Positions 48,694-59,635 of a DNA stretch of 64,000 nucleotides are shown piece after piece (position 1 is the stretch's first letter; each line of letters opens with the position of its first letter). Position numbers and translations under genes: made by a program. A model generated the notes under the pieces. It was not told the DNA's origin, did no database searches, and was given only the letters and a program-made list of their open reading frames with translations. Location: assembly GCF_058153355.1 (NCBI RefSeq), contig NZ_CM177019.1. The stretch is one strand, 5' to 3'.

Positions 48694-49785
48694 ATGGGAT
48701 TCAAATGCGGTATCGTCGGTTTGCCCAACGTCGGGAAATCTACCCTGTTCAACGCGCTGACCAAAGCCGGTATTGAAGCGGCCAACTTTCCATTCTGTAC
48801 CATTGAGCCGAACACAGGCGTCGTACCAATGCCTGACCCTCGCCTGGATCAACTGGCTGAAATCGTAAAACCGCAGCGTACGCTTCCCACGACCATGGAA
48901 TTTGTCGATATCGCCGGTCTGGTAAAAGGCGCATCGAAAGGCGAAGGTCTGGGTAACCAGTTCCTGACCAACATCCGTGAAACCGAAGCGATCGGTCACG
49001 TTGTTCGCTGCTTTGAAAATGACAACATCATTCACGTTTCCGGCAAAGTTAACCCGGCTGATGATATTGAAGTTATCAACACCGAACTGGCGCTGGCAGA
49101 CCTCGACACCTGCGAACGTGCGATTCATCGCGTACAGAAGAAAGCCAAAGGTGGCGATAAAGACGCGAAAGCCGAGCTGGCGGTACTGGAAAAATGCCTG
49201 CCGCAGCTGGAAAACGCAGGTATGCTGCGCGCGCTGGATTTAAGCGCTGAAGAGAAAGCGGCTATTCGTTACCTGAGCTTCCTGACGCTGAAACCAACAA
49301 TGTACATCGCCAACGTCAACGAAGACGGTTTTGAAAACAACCCGTATCTTGACCAGGTGCGTGAAATCGCGGCGAAAGAAGGTTCTGTTGTGGTTCCGGT
49401 TTGTGCTGCTGTTGAAGCAGACATTGCCGAACTGGACGACGAAGAACGTGACGAGTTTATGCAGGAGCTTGGGCTGGAAGAGCCGGGTCTGAACCGCGTG
49501 ATCCGTGCCGGTTATAAGCTGCTGAACCTGCAAACTTACTTCACCGCTGGGGTGAAAGAAGTGCGTGCATGGACCATTCCGGTTGGTGCAACCGCGCCGC
49601 AGGCCGCTGGCAAAATCCATACTGATTTTGAAAAAGGCTTTATCCGCGCACAAACTATTTCGTTCGAAGATTTCATCACTTACAAAGGTGAACAAGGCGC
49701 GAAAGAAGCAGGCAAAATGCGTGCAGAAGGTAAAGATTACATCGTTAAAGATGGCGATGTAATGAACTTCCTGTTCAATGTCTAA
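48694..49785 (+). CDS. ychF: ribosome-binding ATPase YchF (Obg-family)
   Basis: 363-aa ORF with G1 motif GLPNVGKST and C-terminal TGS domain. Confidence 0.95.
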
Positions 49786-49842
49786 TTAATTTGTTGTCTC
49801 ATGAGGTTTCGCTAAATCTCATGAAGAGCGCAAAAGTATATA

Positions 49843-49868
49843 AAATCCACGCAATTGCGTGGATTTTT
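49843..49868 (+). terminator. ychF rho-independent terminator
   Basis: ATCCACGC-AATT-GCGTGGAT hairpin followed by TTTTTC. Confidence 0.55.
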
Positions 49869-50030
49869 CATTTCACCGAGTCCTAACCATTCTTATAACA
49901 TCCTACACTTTTGTGCTTATTGCCTATAGTGAACCACGAGAATAATTAAAGACATAAGTGTTCAGATGAGGGATATCTCATTAGCAATGAGATCACGTAA
50001 GTTTGTGTTCCACTGCACATCAGACACCTT

Positions 50031-50285
50031 TTACAGCTGATCAATATTGATCACGCTCCAATATGCTGGCGAGAAAAGGACTTGCCTGAAGGGCAATATC
50101 CAGCAGATAAAGCCCCCGAATAACGTGATTACGTGCGATCCTGACAAGATGAAAATGATAACCAGTATCACGATAATAACGATATGCCAGAAAATCCATT
50201 GATCAAAAATGAATATCGATGTTTTTTGCTTTTTCTTATTAGTAATGCAAAAATGGCTCATATTGTTTTTGTTATGCAGATACAT
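50031..50285 (-). CDS. hypothetical small membrane protein (84 aa from ATG); doubtful
   Basis: ORF with two predicted hydrophobic helices (WIFWHIVIIVILVIIFILSG, VITLFGGFICWILPF) in an AT-rich intergenic region; no clear Shine-Dalgarno. Confidence 0.2.
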   Translation of the reverse strand: MYLHNKNNMSHFCITNKKKQKTSIFIFDQWIFWHIVIIVILVIIFILSGSHVITLFGGFICWILPFRQVLFSPAYWSVINIDQL

Positions 50286-50629
50286 CAAGCGAAAATCCCA
50301 TAACTAATTAGGATTATTACCAAAAATATTCACCAAATTATTTAAACGCTGTTTGTTGTAATGTTTTTGTCATATTCATAGTAACGAATTGGAATAAGTA
50401 ACGACAACTTAGGGAATAACTCGATCTAAACTCACCTTTGTAAGGGGGATGTTAAATATATATTAATTCATGTGTTCCTGATTTTGCCCGGTAATAGAGA
50501 ATTATTCTCAGAGCAGCTCATCATGATTGCACCATACAAATATCATGATGATAAGAGGATATTATTCATTGACTTAAACAAAATGACAAAATCCATAGAC
50601 CCATAGCCTGGGTACTATATAGGAGTGGT

Positions 50630-53497
50630 ATGGGCATCAAACAACACAATGGGAATACCAAAGCCGATCGTCTCGCTGAATTAAAAATCCGTTCGCCCTC
50701 CATTCAACTGATAAAATATGGCGCTATTGGTTTGAATGCAATTATCTTTTCCCCCCTGCTGATAGCTGCTGATTTAGGAAGTCAAAATGGCACCAATATT
50801 ACTATTAATGATGGTGACAGAATTACAGGAGATACCGCCGATCCATCAGGAAACCTCTATGGTGTAATGACCCCAGCAGGAAACACGCCTGGCAATATCA
50901 ACCTGGGTGATGATGTCACCGTCAATGTCAACGACGCCTCTGGATATGCAAAGGGAATCATTATTCAGGGCAAGAACAGCTCTCTGACAGCTAACCGACT
51001 TACAGTAGATGTTGTTGGTCAAACCTCTGCCATCGGCATTAATTTAATTGGTGACTATACACATGCTGACTTAGGCACAGGCAGCACCATTAAGAGTAAC
51101 GATGACGGCATCATTATTGGGCATAGCTCAACACTAACAGCCTCTCAATTCACCATTGAAAACTCGAACGGTATAGGCCTAACCATCAATGACTATGGCA
51201 CCAGTGTCGATCTTGGAAGCGGTAGTAAAATCAAGACCGATGGAAGTACAGGTGTTTATATCGGTGGTCTCAACGGCAATAACGCCAACGGTGCTGCGCG
51301 TTTTACGGCGACAGACCTGACAATCGATGTTCAGGGCTACAGCGCCATGGGAATAAACGTACAGAAAAACTCTGTTGTCGATCTCGGAACAAACAGTACC
51401 ATTAAAACCAATGGCGATAATGCACACGGCCTCTGGAGCTTTGGCCTGGTGAGCGCGAATGCACTCACTGTTGATGTAACTGGAGCCGCTGCCAATGGCG
51501 TCGAAGTTCGTGGTGGTACAACCACTATCGGTGCTGATAGCCATATTTCTTCCGCGCAGGGCGGTGGCCTCGTAACCAGTGGTTCAGACGCGACAATCAA
51601 TTTTTCTGGCACGGCAGCGCAACGAAACAGCATCTTTTCCAGCGGTTCTTATGGTGCCTCAGCCCAGACGGCAACGGCTGTTATCAACATGCAAAATACC
51701 GATATTACGGTTGATCGTAATGGCAGTCTGGCGCTGGGTTTGTGGGCGCTCAGCGGCGGTAGAATAACCGGAGACAGTTTGGCTATCACCGGCGCGGCAG
51801 GAGCCAGGGGGATTTATGCCATGACCAACAGCCAGATCGATCTCACGAGCGATCTGGTCATTGATATGAGTACACCCGACCAGATGGCCATCGCAACGCA
51901 ACATGACGATGGTTATGCCGCCAGCCGCATCAACGCTTCGGGTCGTATGCTTATCAACGGTAGCGTTCTTTCTAAAGGTGGGCTAATCAATCTGGATATG
52001 CACCCTGGGTCGGTTTGGACAGGTTCTTCCCTCAGCGATAATGTCAATGGCGGGAAACTGGACGTTGCAATGAATAACAGCGTCTGGAACGTAACAAGTA
52101 ATTCTAATCTCGACACGCTGGCGCTGAGCCATTCAACTGTCGATTTTGCCAGCCACGCGTCAACTGCCGGCACATTTACCACATTAAACGTAGAGAACCT
52201 TAGCGGTAACAGTACCTTTATTATGCGTGCTGATGTTGTTGGCGAGGGTAATGGCGTTAATAATAAAGGAGATTTATTGAATATCTGCGGGAGTAGTGCT
52301 GGTAATCACGTATTGGCTATCCGTAACCAGGGCAGCGAGGCCACAACGGGAAATGAAGTTCTGACAGTGGTAAAAACCACTGACGGCGCGGCCTCGTTCA
52401 GCGCGTCTTCTCAGGTTGAGTTGGGGGGATATCTGTATGATGTGCGTAAAAATGGCACTAACTGGGAGCTTTATGCTTCCGGGACAATTCCGGAGCCGAC
52501 TCCTAATCCAGAGCCCACACCAGCTCCCGCTCAGCCCCCCATAGTCAACCCCGATCCTACGCCTGCCCCCGCTCCCACGCCTAAACCCACCACGACCGCA
52601 GATGCTGGCGGCAATTATCTCAATGTCGGTTACTTATTGAACTATGTTGAAAACCGTACGCTGATGCAACGGATGGGTGACCTGCGAAATCAGGGTAAAG
52701 ACGGTAATATCTGGTTGCGCAGTTATGGGGGAAGCCTGGACTCCTTTGCCAGTGGCAAACTGAGCGGCTTTGACATGGGTTACAGCGGTATCCAGTTTGG
52801 TGGGGATAAACGTCTCTCTGATGAAATGCCGTTGTATGTCGGTCTGTATATTGGCTCAACACATGCATCGCCGGACTATAGCGGAGGCGACGGTACCGCA
52901 CGTTCAGACTACATGGGAATGTACGCCAGTTACATGGCACACAACGGTTTTTACAGCGATCTCGTTGTAAAAGCATCGCACCAGAAAAATAGTTTCCACG
53001 TACTGGACAGTCAGAACAACGGCGTTAACGCCAACGGCACTGCGAATGGATTGAGCATCTCCCTGGAAGCCGGGCAGAGGTTCAACCTGACCCCTACTGG
53101 TTATGGGTTCTATATAGAGCCGCAAACCCAGCTCACATACAGCCACCAGAATGGGATGGCTATGAAGGCGAGTAATGGTCTCAATATACATCTGAATCAC
53201 TACGAATCGCTGCTGGGGCGTGCCAGCATGATACTGGGATATGACATCACCGCAGGCAACAGCCAGCTGAATGTCTATGTGAAGACTGGCGCTATCCGCG
53301 AGTTTTCAGGGGATACCGAATATCTGTTGAACAACTCCCGGGAGAAGTACAGTTTCAAAGGTAATGGCTGGAATAACGGCGTGGGAGTCAGTGCACAGTA
53401 TAACAAACAGCACACATTCTATCTCGAAGCGGATTACACGCAGGGTAACCTCTTTGATCAGAAGCAAGTCAACGGAGGATATCGCTTCAGCTTTTAA
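50630..53497 (+). CDS. ycgV: AIDA-I-like autotransporter adhesin YcgV
   Basis: 955-aa ORF with Gly/Thr/Asn-rich beta-helical passenger repeats, Pro-rich linker (PEPTPNPEPTPAPAQPPIVNPDPTPAPAPTPKP) and C-terminal beta-barrel ending in F. Confidence 0.85.
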   Translation: MGIKQHNGNTKADRLAELKIRSPSIQLIKYGAIGLNAIIFSPLLIAADLGSQNGTNITINDGDRITGDTADPSGNLYGVMTPAGNTPGNINLGDDVTVNVNDASGYAKGIIIQGKNSSLTANRLTVDVVGQTSAIGINLIGDYTHADLGTGSTIKSNDDGIIIGHSSTLTASQFTIENSNGIGLTINDYGTSVDLGSGSKIKTDGSTGVYIGGLNGNNANGAARFTATDLTIDVQGYSAMGINVQKNSVVDLGTNSTIKTNGDNAHGLWSFGLVSANALTVDVTGAAANGVEVRGGTTTIGADSHISSAQGGGLVTSGSDATINFSGTAAQRNSIFSSGSYGASAQTATAVINMQNTDITVDRNGSLALGLWALSGGRITGDSLAITGAAGARGIYAMTNSQIDLTSDLVIDMSTPDQMAIATQHDDGYAASRINASGRMLINGSVLSKGGLINLDMHPGSVWTGSSLSDNVNGGKLDVAMNNSVWNVTSNSNLDTLALSHSTVDFASHASTAGTFTTLNVENLSGNSTFIMRADVVGEGNGVNNKGDLLNICGSSAGNHVLAIRNQGSEATTGNEVLTVVKTTDGAASFSASSQVELGGYLYDVRKNGTNWELYASGTIPEPTPNPEPTPAPAQPPIVNPDPTPAPAPTPKPTTTADAGGNYLNVGYLLNYVENRTLMQRMGDLRNQGKDGNIWLRSYGGSLDSFASGKLSGFDMGYSGIQFGGDKRLSDEMPLYVGLYIGSTHASPDYSGGDGTARSDYMGMYASYMAHNGFYSDLVVKASHQKNSFHVLDSQNNGVNANGTANGLSISLEAGQRFNLTPTGYGFYIEPQTQLTYSHQNGMAMKASNGLNIHLNHYESLLGRASMILGYDITAGNSQLNVYVKTGAIREFSGDTEYLLNNSREKYSFKGNGWNNGVGVSAQYNKQHTFYLEADYTQGNLFDQKQVNGGYRFSF

Positions 53498-53596
53498 GTG
53501 CGGGATAGACAAGCCCTTAAACGATGCTGAAAATTGTTAGCGTGCGCCGGAATGAAATACAGATCACTCTGATGTATCAGAAATCGTCTCTGTCTT

Positions 53597-55516
53597 TCAT
53601 ACCCGGCGCTTAAACTGCCCTGCATCAATGCCATGTTGCTTCATTTTCCGCCACAGCGTAGTGCGGCCGATTCCAAGTAAAGCCGACATTTCCTGAATGC
53701 GACCGCCTGTGACCTGGGCTGCGTTAATAATTGCCTCTTTTTCAACTTCCGCAAATGACAGACTGGTGGAAAGGCGAGTGGCGCTGACATCATCTGTCGC
53801 CTGCTCGGTAAACAGATGTTCAGGCAAATCACTGACGCGAATGCGCCCGTTATCACTACTCAGAGCAAGATTCTCGATGACGCTGTAAAGTTCAAAATCG
53901 TTGCCTGGCCATGCACAAGAAACCAGGCGAGCGAGGGCATCGTCATCAATTTTCAGACGCGTAGAGAAGCGTTTTTCAAGACTGCGTAATTTGTTATTCA
54001 CCAGCGCCGGAATGCTGCCACGCCGCATACGCAGAGGCGGGATGGTAATTTCAAATGCATGCAGCGCGTAATACAGCTGGCGACTAAAGCGATTTTGTTC
54101 CACCAGCATTGCCAGGTCCGCGGTCGTTGTGGCAATCACTTTGACATCAATTGGTATTAAACGCCGCGCATCCAGTCGCGTGATAACACCCTGCTTGATA
54201 ACCTGAAGCAAAGCAGACTGTAACTCCACCGCCAGATATTCAATCTTTTCAAGAAACAGCGTGCCGCCGTGCGCCAGTTCCAGTCGACTCAGACGACCAT
54301 TTTCATTGTCCGTGCGATCGCCGCCAATAAATTCTTCCGCCAGCGCCGCATCACCATATAACTCACAATTGACGGCGATGTAGGGACCTGCTGCACGCTC
54401 ACTTTCATTATGAATTGCCTGACTTAGCAGTGCCTTGCCTACGCCCTCTTCGCCACAAAGCAAAACAGGAAAGCTACTACGCGCCGCCTGGCGGCCAAAA
54501 TGAATCAAGCGGCGAGTTTGCGGATCGTCCTGTGGCATATGAGCGAAGGTATGGCTGACTTTTCCCAATTGACTGGTCATCAACTGCCGCATCTGTTCCA
54601 CGGGATGGAGCAACAAAATAAAGCTGGTTCCCTGCGTTTCTATTATCGGTTTAAGGGTTATCACAGCATCAATAAACTGGTGCTGACTTTCAAAGGTTGC
54701 TTCTACGTGTTTGAGCGGATGTGCCTGTTTTATTGCTTGTTGCAATACAGCGGGTAACGTTAAGAGTTCAGTGATCGCCCTTCCCTGACTTGCCGTCGCG
54801 TCAAGGCGCAAGACTCGCGCCGCCTGGGCATTGATAAATTGCAAATTACCCTGCTCGTCCCAGCTAATCACGCCATCGTCCATACTTTCCAGCAAGGCGT
54901 TAAGTTGATTTAAATGTCGGTTTGTTTCAGCCAGTAAATTGTCGGTCAGCAGTAAGTTTCCTACCTCGCGTGCAATTGCCAGCGTCAACGGCAAATCAGC
55001 TGCGGTGGTTTGCTTAACCGGACACGCCAAAGCTATCGTTCCCGTTAATCGGCCCTTGCTGTCAAACAGTGGCGTTGCACAAAATGCCCAATCCCAGAGC
55101 GCCTGTTTGAAATGTTGATCGGCCATCGTTTTCACTGCCTGACCAGAAATAGCCGCTAACGATAGCGCACAGGTACCAATAATTCCCTCTGCGCAATACG
55201 TGCCGTCATTGAATCCCAGGACACTAAGCTGGTGCAGCGTTTGTGGATCACCAAAACGACTAAGGATGCAGGCGGTTTCATCAAGGATGAACAGTCCGCA
55301 CGCCCGCGATTCCATATATTCCCAGGCATCTTCCAGCGCAGCCTGCCCGAGCGTCAGCATCGCTTTCTTACGCCGATAGATAGAAGCAAATGTCACGCCC
55401 TGGGCCTGGTGCGGTACGCTCCATGTCTCCCGTTTCATCAGTTTATTGCATCGCTCCCAGGAGGCTGCAATTAAGGGAGATATGCCCCGTTCATCGTTGT
55501 TAAAAGCGCCACTCAT
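53597..55516 (-). CDS. dhaR: dha operon transcriptional activator DhaR
   Basis: ORF 53597..55597; ATG at 55516 gives 639 aa MSGAFNNDERGISPL...; AAA+ central domain (GEEGVGK) and C-terminal Fis-type HTH. Confidence 0.9.
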   Translation of the reverse strand: MSGAFNNDERGISPLIAASWERCNKLMKRETWSVPHQAQGVTFASIYRRKKAMLTLGQAALEDAWEYMESRACGLFILDETACILSRFGDPQTLHQLSVLGFNDGTYCAEGIIGTCALSLAAISGQAVKTMADQHFKQALWDWAFCATPLFDSKGRLTGTIALACPVKQTTAADLPLTLAIAREVGNLLLTDNLLAETNRHLNQLNALLESMDDGVISWDEQGNLQFINAQAARVLRLDATASQGRAITELLTLPAVLQQAIKQAHPLKHVEATFESQHQFIDAVITLKPIIETQGTSFILLLHPVEQMRQLMTSQLGKVSHTFAHMPQDDPQTRRLIHFGRQAARSSFPVLLCGEEGVGKALLSQAIHNESERAAGPYIAVNCELYGDAALAEEFIGGDRTDNENGRLSRLELAHGGTLFLEKIEYLAVELQSALLQVIKQGVITRLDARRLIPIDVKVIATTTADLAMLVEQNRFSRQLYYALHAFEITIPPLRMRRGSIPALVNNKLRSLEKRFSTRLKIDDDALARLVSCAWPGNDFELYSVIENLALSSDNGRIRVSDLPEHLFTEQATDDVSATRLSTSLSFAEVEKEAIINAAQVTGGRIQEMSALLGIGRTTLWRKMKQHGIDAGQFKRRV

Positions 55517-55603
55517 ATCCCGCATCCTTTGTGACAAAAGGTGTTCCGGCTCGCAATTTTTAGTATTAAAACGCGTAAAAGTTTCAATATGGAACATTCA
55601 TTA

Positions 55604-55628
55604 AAACATATGTTTCACCATGAAACAT
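55604..55628. promoter_or_regulatory. overlapping inverted repeats AAACATATGTTT and ATGTTTCA-CCA-TGAAACAT in the dhaR/dhaK divergent region; candidate DhaR operator
   Basis: perfect palindromes seen directly in sequence between divergent dhaR and dhaKLM. Confidence 0.4.
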
Positions 55629-55743
55629 AATTTGGGCTAATTTTCTTTTCCCTTACCTGATGCACAATGGATTTATCGGCAGTCAGTGGTCGCCGTGTCG
55701 TTGAACATCATCCATGCCCTACCGTAATTGCTGGAGCAAGATA

Positions 55744-56814
55744 ATGAAAAAATTGATCAATGATGTGCAAGACGTTCTGGACGAACAACTGGCGGGTCTG
55801 GCGAAAGCGCATTCATCGCTGACACTGCATCAGGATCCGGTGTATGTCACCCGAGCTGATGCCCCCGTTGCAGGAAAAGTCGCCCTGCTGTCGGGCGGCG
55901 GCAGCGGACACGAACCGATGCACTGCGGTTATATCGGTCAAGGGATGCTTTCGGGAGCCTGTCCGGGCGAAATATTCACCTCACCGACGCCCGATAAAAT
56001 TTTTGAATGCGCCATGCAAGTTGATGGCGGCGAAGGTGTACTGCTGATTATCAAAAATTACACCGGCGATATTCTTAACTTCGAAACAGCAACAGAATTA
56101 CTGCACGATAGCGGCGTAAAAGTGACCACCGTGGTCATTGATGACGACGTTGCAGTAAAAGACAGTCTTTATACCGCTGGGCGGCGCGGCGTTGCCAACA
56201 CCGTATTAATCGAAAAACTCGTAGGCGCAGCGGCAGAACGTGGCGACTCGCTGGAGGCTTGTGCACAACTGGGGCGTAAGTTGAACAATCAGGGCCATTC
56301 TATTGGGATCGCCCTCGGTGCCTGTACCGTTCCTGCCGCGGGAAAACCTTCTTTTACGCTGGCAGATAATGAGATGGAGTTTGGCGTCGGCATTCATGGT
56401 GAGCCAGGTATTGACCGCCGTCCCTTCTCTTCCCTTGATCAAACCGTCGATGAAATGTTCGACACCCTGCTGGAAAATGGCTCATACCATCGCACTTTGC
56501 GTTTCTGGGATTATCAACAAGGCAGCTGGCAGGAAGAATCACAAACCAAACAACCGCTCCAGTCTGGCGATCGGGTGATTGCGCTGGTTAACAATCTTGG
56601 CGCAACTCCGCTTTCTGAGCTGTACGGCGTCTATAACCGCCTGACCACACGTTGCCAGCAAGCGGGATTGACTATCGAGCGTAATTTAATTGGCGCGTAC
56701 TGCACCTCACTGGATATGACCGGTTTCTCAATCACCTTACTGAAAGTTGATGACGAAACGCTGGCACTCTGGGACGCCCCGGTCCACACCCCGGCGCTTA
56801 ACTGGGGTAAATAA
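55744..56814 (+). CDS. dhaK: dihydroxyacetone kinase, dihydroxyacetone-binding subunit DhaK
   Basis: ORF 55714..56814; ATG at 55744 gives 356 aa MKKLINDVQDVLDEQLAGL... Confidence 0.95.
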   Translation: MKKLINDVQDVLDEQLAGLAKAHSSLTLHQDPVYVTRADAPVAGKVALLSGGGSGHEPMHCGYIGQGMLSGACPGEIFTSPTPDKIFECAMQVDGGEGVLLIIKNYTGDILNFETATELLHDSGVKVTTVVIDDDVAVKDSLYTAGRRGVANTVLIEKLVGAAAERGDSLEACAQLGRKLNNQGHSIGIALGACTVPAAGKPSFTLADNEMEFGVGIHGEPGIDRRPFSSLDQTVDEMFDTLLENGSYHRTLRFWDYQQGSWQEESQTKQPLQSGDRVIALVNNLGATPLSELYGVYNRLTTRCQQAGLTIERNLIGAYCTSLDMTGFSITLLKVDDETLALWDAPVHTPALNWGK

Positions 56815-56824
56815 GGAGATAACC

Positions 56825-57457
56825 ATGTCACTGAGCAGAACTCAAATTGTTAACTGGCTCACTCGCTGTGGAGAAATTTTCAGCACCGAGAGCGAGTATC
56901 TTACCGGACTGGATCGCGAAATTGGCGACGCTGACCACGGGCTAAATATGAACCGTGGCTTTAGCAAGGTGGTAGAAAAACTCCCTGCTATCGCAGATAA
57001 AGATATCGGTTTCATTCTCAAGAATACCGGCATGACGCTACTTTCCAGCGTCGGAGGTGCCAGTGGTCCGCTGTTCGGTACCTTCTTTATCCGCGCCGCA
57101 CAGACAACCCAGGCACGGCAAAGCCTGACGCTGGAAGAACTGTATCAGATGTTCCGCGATGGTGTAGACGGCGTAATCAGTCGCGGGAAAGCCGAACCTG
57201 GCGATAAAACCATGTGTGATGTCTGGGTGCCGGTGGTGGAATCGTTACGTCAGTCCAGCGAGCAAAATCTCTCTGTTCCGGTGGCGCTCGAAGCCGCCAG
57301 TAGCGTCGCTGAATCCGCTGCACAAAGTACGATTACGATGCAAGCCCGCAAAGGCCGCGCCAGTTATCTCGGTGAACGCAGTATTGGTCACCAGGATCCC
57401 GGCGCGACCTCCGTGATGTTTATGATGCAAATGCTGGCGTTAGCCGCAAAAGAGTAA
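56825..57457 (+). CDS. dhaL: dihydroxyacetone kinase, ADP-binding subunit DhaL
   Basis: 210-aa product from ATG 56825 MSLSRTQIVNWLTRCGEIF... Confidence 0.93.
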   Translation: MSLSRTQIVNWLTRCGEIFSTESEYLTGLDREIGDADHGLNMNRGFSKVVEKLPAIADKDIGFILKNTGMTLLSSVGGASGPLFGTFFIRAAQTTQARQSLTLEELYQMFRDGVDGVISRGKAEPGDKTMCDVWVPVVESLRQSSEQNLSVPVALEAASSVAESAAQSTITMQARKGRASYLGERSIGHQDPGATSVMFMMQMLALAAKE

Positions 57458-57467
57458 GGAAATGGTG

Positions 57468-58886
57468 ATGGTAAACCTGGTCATAGTTTCACATAGCGCC
57501 CGACTGGGAGAAGGTGTCGGTGAATTAGCCCGTCAGATGTTAATGAGTGATAGCTGTAAAATCGCCATTGCCGCGGGAATTGACGATCCCCAAAATCCCA
57601 TTGGTACCGATGCCGTCAAAGTGATGGAGGCCATCGAGTCCGTTGCCGATGCCGACCATGTGCTGGTGATGATGGATATGGGTAGCGCATTATTGAGTGC
57701 TGAAACTGCACTGGAGTTGCTGGCCCCCGAGATCGCCGCAAAAGTACGTTTGTGTGCGGCACCGTTAGTCGAAGGTACACTGGCAGCAACAGTCAGCGCG
57801 GCCTCGGGAGCAGATATCGACAAAGTTATCTATGACGCCATGCATGCGCTGGAAGCCAAACGTGAACAACTGGGTTTACCGTCCTCCGACACCGAAATCG
57901 CTGACACATGTCCTCCGTACGATGAAGAAGCCCATTCTCTGGCCGTGGTCATTAAAAACCGTAACGGCCTTCATGTACGTCCGGCCTCCCGGCTGGTTTA
58001 TACCTTATCGACATTTAATGCCGATATGTTGCTGGAGAAAAACGGTAAATGCGTCACGCCGGAGAGTATTAACCAGATCGCGCTACTACAAGTCCGCTAT
58101 AACGATACGCTGCGCCTGATTGCGAAAGGGCCAGAAGCTGAAGAGGCGCTGGTTGCTTTCCGTCAGCTGGCTGAAGATAACTTTGGTGAAACGGAAGAAG
58201 TTGCTCCGCCTACTCAGCGGCCCATTCCGCCTGTTTCGGGTAAAGCCTTTTATTATCAACCAGTTTTATGTACGGTACAGGCAAAATCAACTCTGACCGT
58301 GGAAGAAGAACAAGAACGATTACGTCAGGCAATTGACTTCACGTTATTAGATCTGATGACGTTAACAGCGAAAGCAGAAGCGAGCGGGCTTGACGATATT
58401 GCCGCAATCTTTTCTGGTCACCATACACTGTTAGATGATCCAGAACTGCTGGCGGCGGCAAACGAATTTCTTCAGCATGAGCATTGCACAGCAGAATATG
58501 CCTGGCAGCACGTTCTTAAAGAACTAAGCCAGCAATACCAACAACTGGATGATGAATATTTACAGGCTCGCTATATCGATGTGGACGATCTTCTACATCG
58601 CACCCTAATCCACCTGACGCAAACGAAAGAAGAACTCCCGCAATTTAACTCGCCAACCATTTTACTGGCGGAGAACATTTATCCGTCCACGGTTCTGCAA
58701 CTGGATCCGGCGGTTGTAAAAGGGATCTGCCTTAGCACCGGAAGTCTGGTATCCCACAGTGCCCTAATCGCCCACGAACTGGGGATTGGCTGGATTTGCC
58801 AGCAGGGTGAGAAACTGTATGCGATACAACCTGAAGAAACGTTAACGCTGGACGTTAAAACGCAACGTTTCAGCCATCAGGGATAA
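57468..58886 (+). CDS. dhaM: dihydroxyacetone kinase phosphotransfer subunit DhaM (EIIA-HPr-EI fusion)
   Basis: ORF 57462..58886; 472 aa from second ATG; EIIA-Man-like N-terminus, HPr-like middle and EI-like C-terminus. Confidence 0.9.
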   Translation: MVNLVIVSHSARLGEGVGELARQMLMSDSCKIAIAAGIDDPQNPIGTDAVKVMEAIESVADADHVLVMMDMGSALLSAETALELLAPEIAAKVRLCAAPLVEGTLAATVSAASGADIDKVIYDAMHALEAKREQLGLPSSDTEIADTCPPYDEEAHSLAVVIKNRNGLHVRPASRLVYTLSTFNADMLLEKNGKCVTPESINQIALLQVRYNDTLRLIAKGPEAEEALVAFRQLAEDNFGETEEVAPPTQRPIPPVSGKAFYYQPVLCTVQAKSTLTVEEEQERLRQAIDFTLLDLMTLTAKAEASGLDDIAAIFSGHHTLLDDPELLAAANEFLQHEHCTAEYAWQHVLKELSQQYQQLDDEYLQARYIDVDDLLHRTLIHLTQTKEELPQFNSPTILLAENIYPSTVLQLDPAVVKGICLSTGSLVSHSALIAHELGIGWICQQGEKLYAIQPEETLTLDVKTQRFSHQG

Positions 58887-59635
58887 ACCACCGTTCGGAT
58901 GGCATCGTTCTGATGCCATCCGGCAATTTACTCTGCTCTGATATTTTTTAACTACCTGTTATATTTTTTACCAAATCATGATGATTTTTTCTGCGCTAAT
59001 CGCAAACCAAACGTCGCTGGCTGGCTAATAAACAGACGTTATTTAATCACTCTATTTCACCCTTATTTATCCCTTTAATCTCCTTTTCCAAAATGCCTGA
59101 CAGTTCGCAGAATGAGATTTCGATCATGCAGTTAGTGCGATCCTGAACTAAGGTTTTCTGATACTTGAATACCGTTTTGTTCGGTTTCGCCCAAGGAGAA
59201 TGATTGATGAAAGCCACCGCCCCTCCTCGCCCGCAAAAAATAGCGTTAATTCCCGCCTGCGTTTTGTTGTGTTTCGCTGCGCTAGCGGTGCAGGCAGAAG
59301 AAACGCCAGTAACGCCACAGCCGCCTGATATTTTGTTAGGGCCGCTGTTTAACGATGTGCAAAACGCCAAACTTTTTCCGGACCAAAAGACCTTTGCTGA
59401 TGCCGTGCCGAACAGCGATCCGCTAATGATCCTTGCAGATTATCGAATGCAGCAAAACCAGAGCGGCTTTGATCTGCGCCATTTCGTTAACGTCAATTTC
59501 ACTCTGCCGAAAGAGGGAGAGAAATATGTTCCGCCAGAAGGGCAGTCGCTGCGCGAACATATTGACGGACTTTGGCCTGTATTAACGCGTTCTACCGAAA
59601 ACACCGAAAAATGGGATTCTCTGTTACCGCTGCCG

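Noticed and set aside
51179-53200. Minus-strand ORFs antisense to ycgV
   Set aside because: Inside the autotransporter CDS on the opposite strand; no independent support
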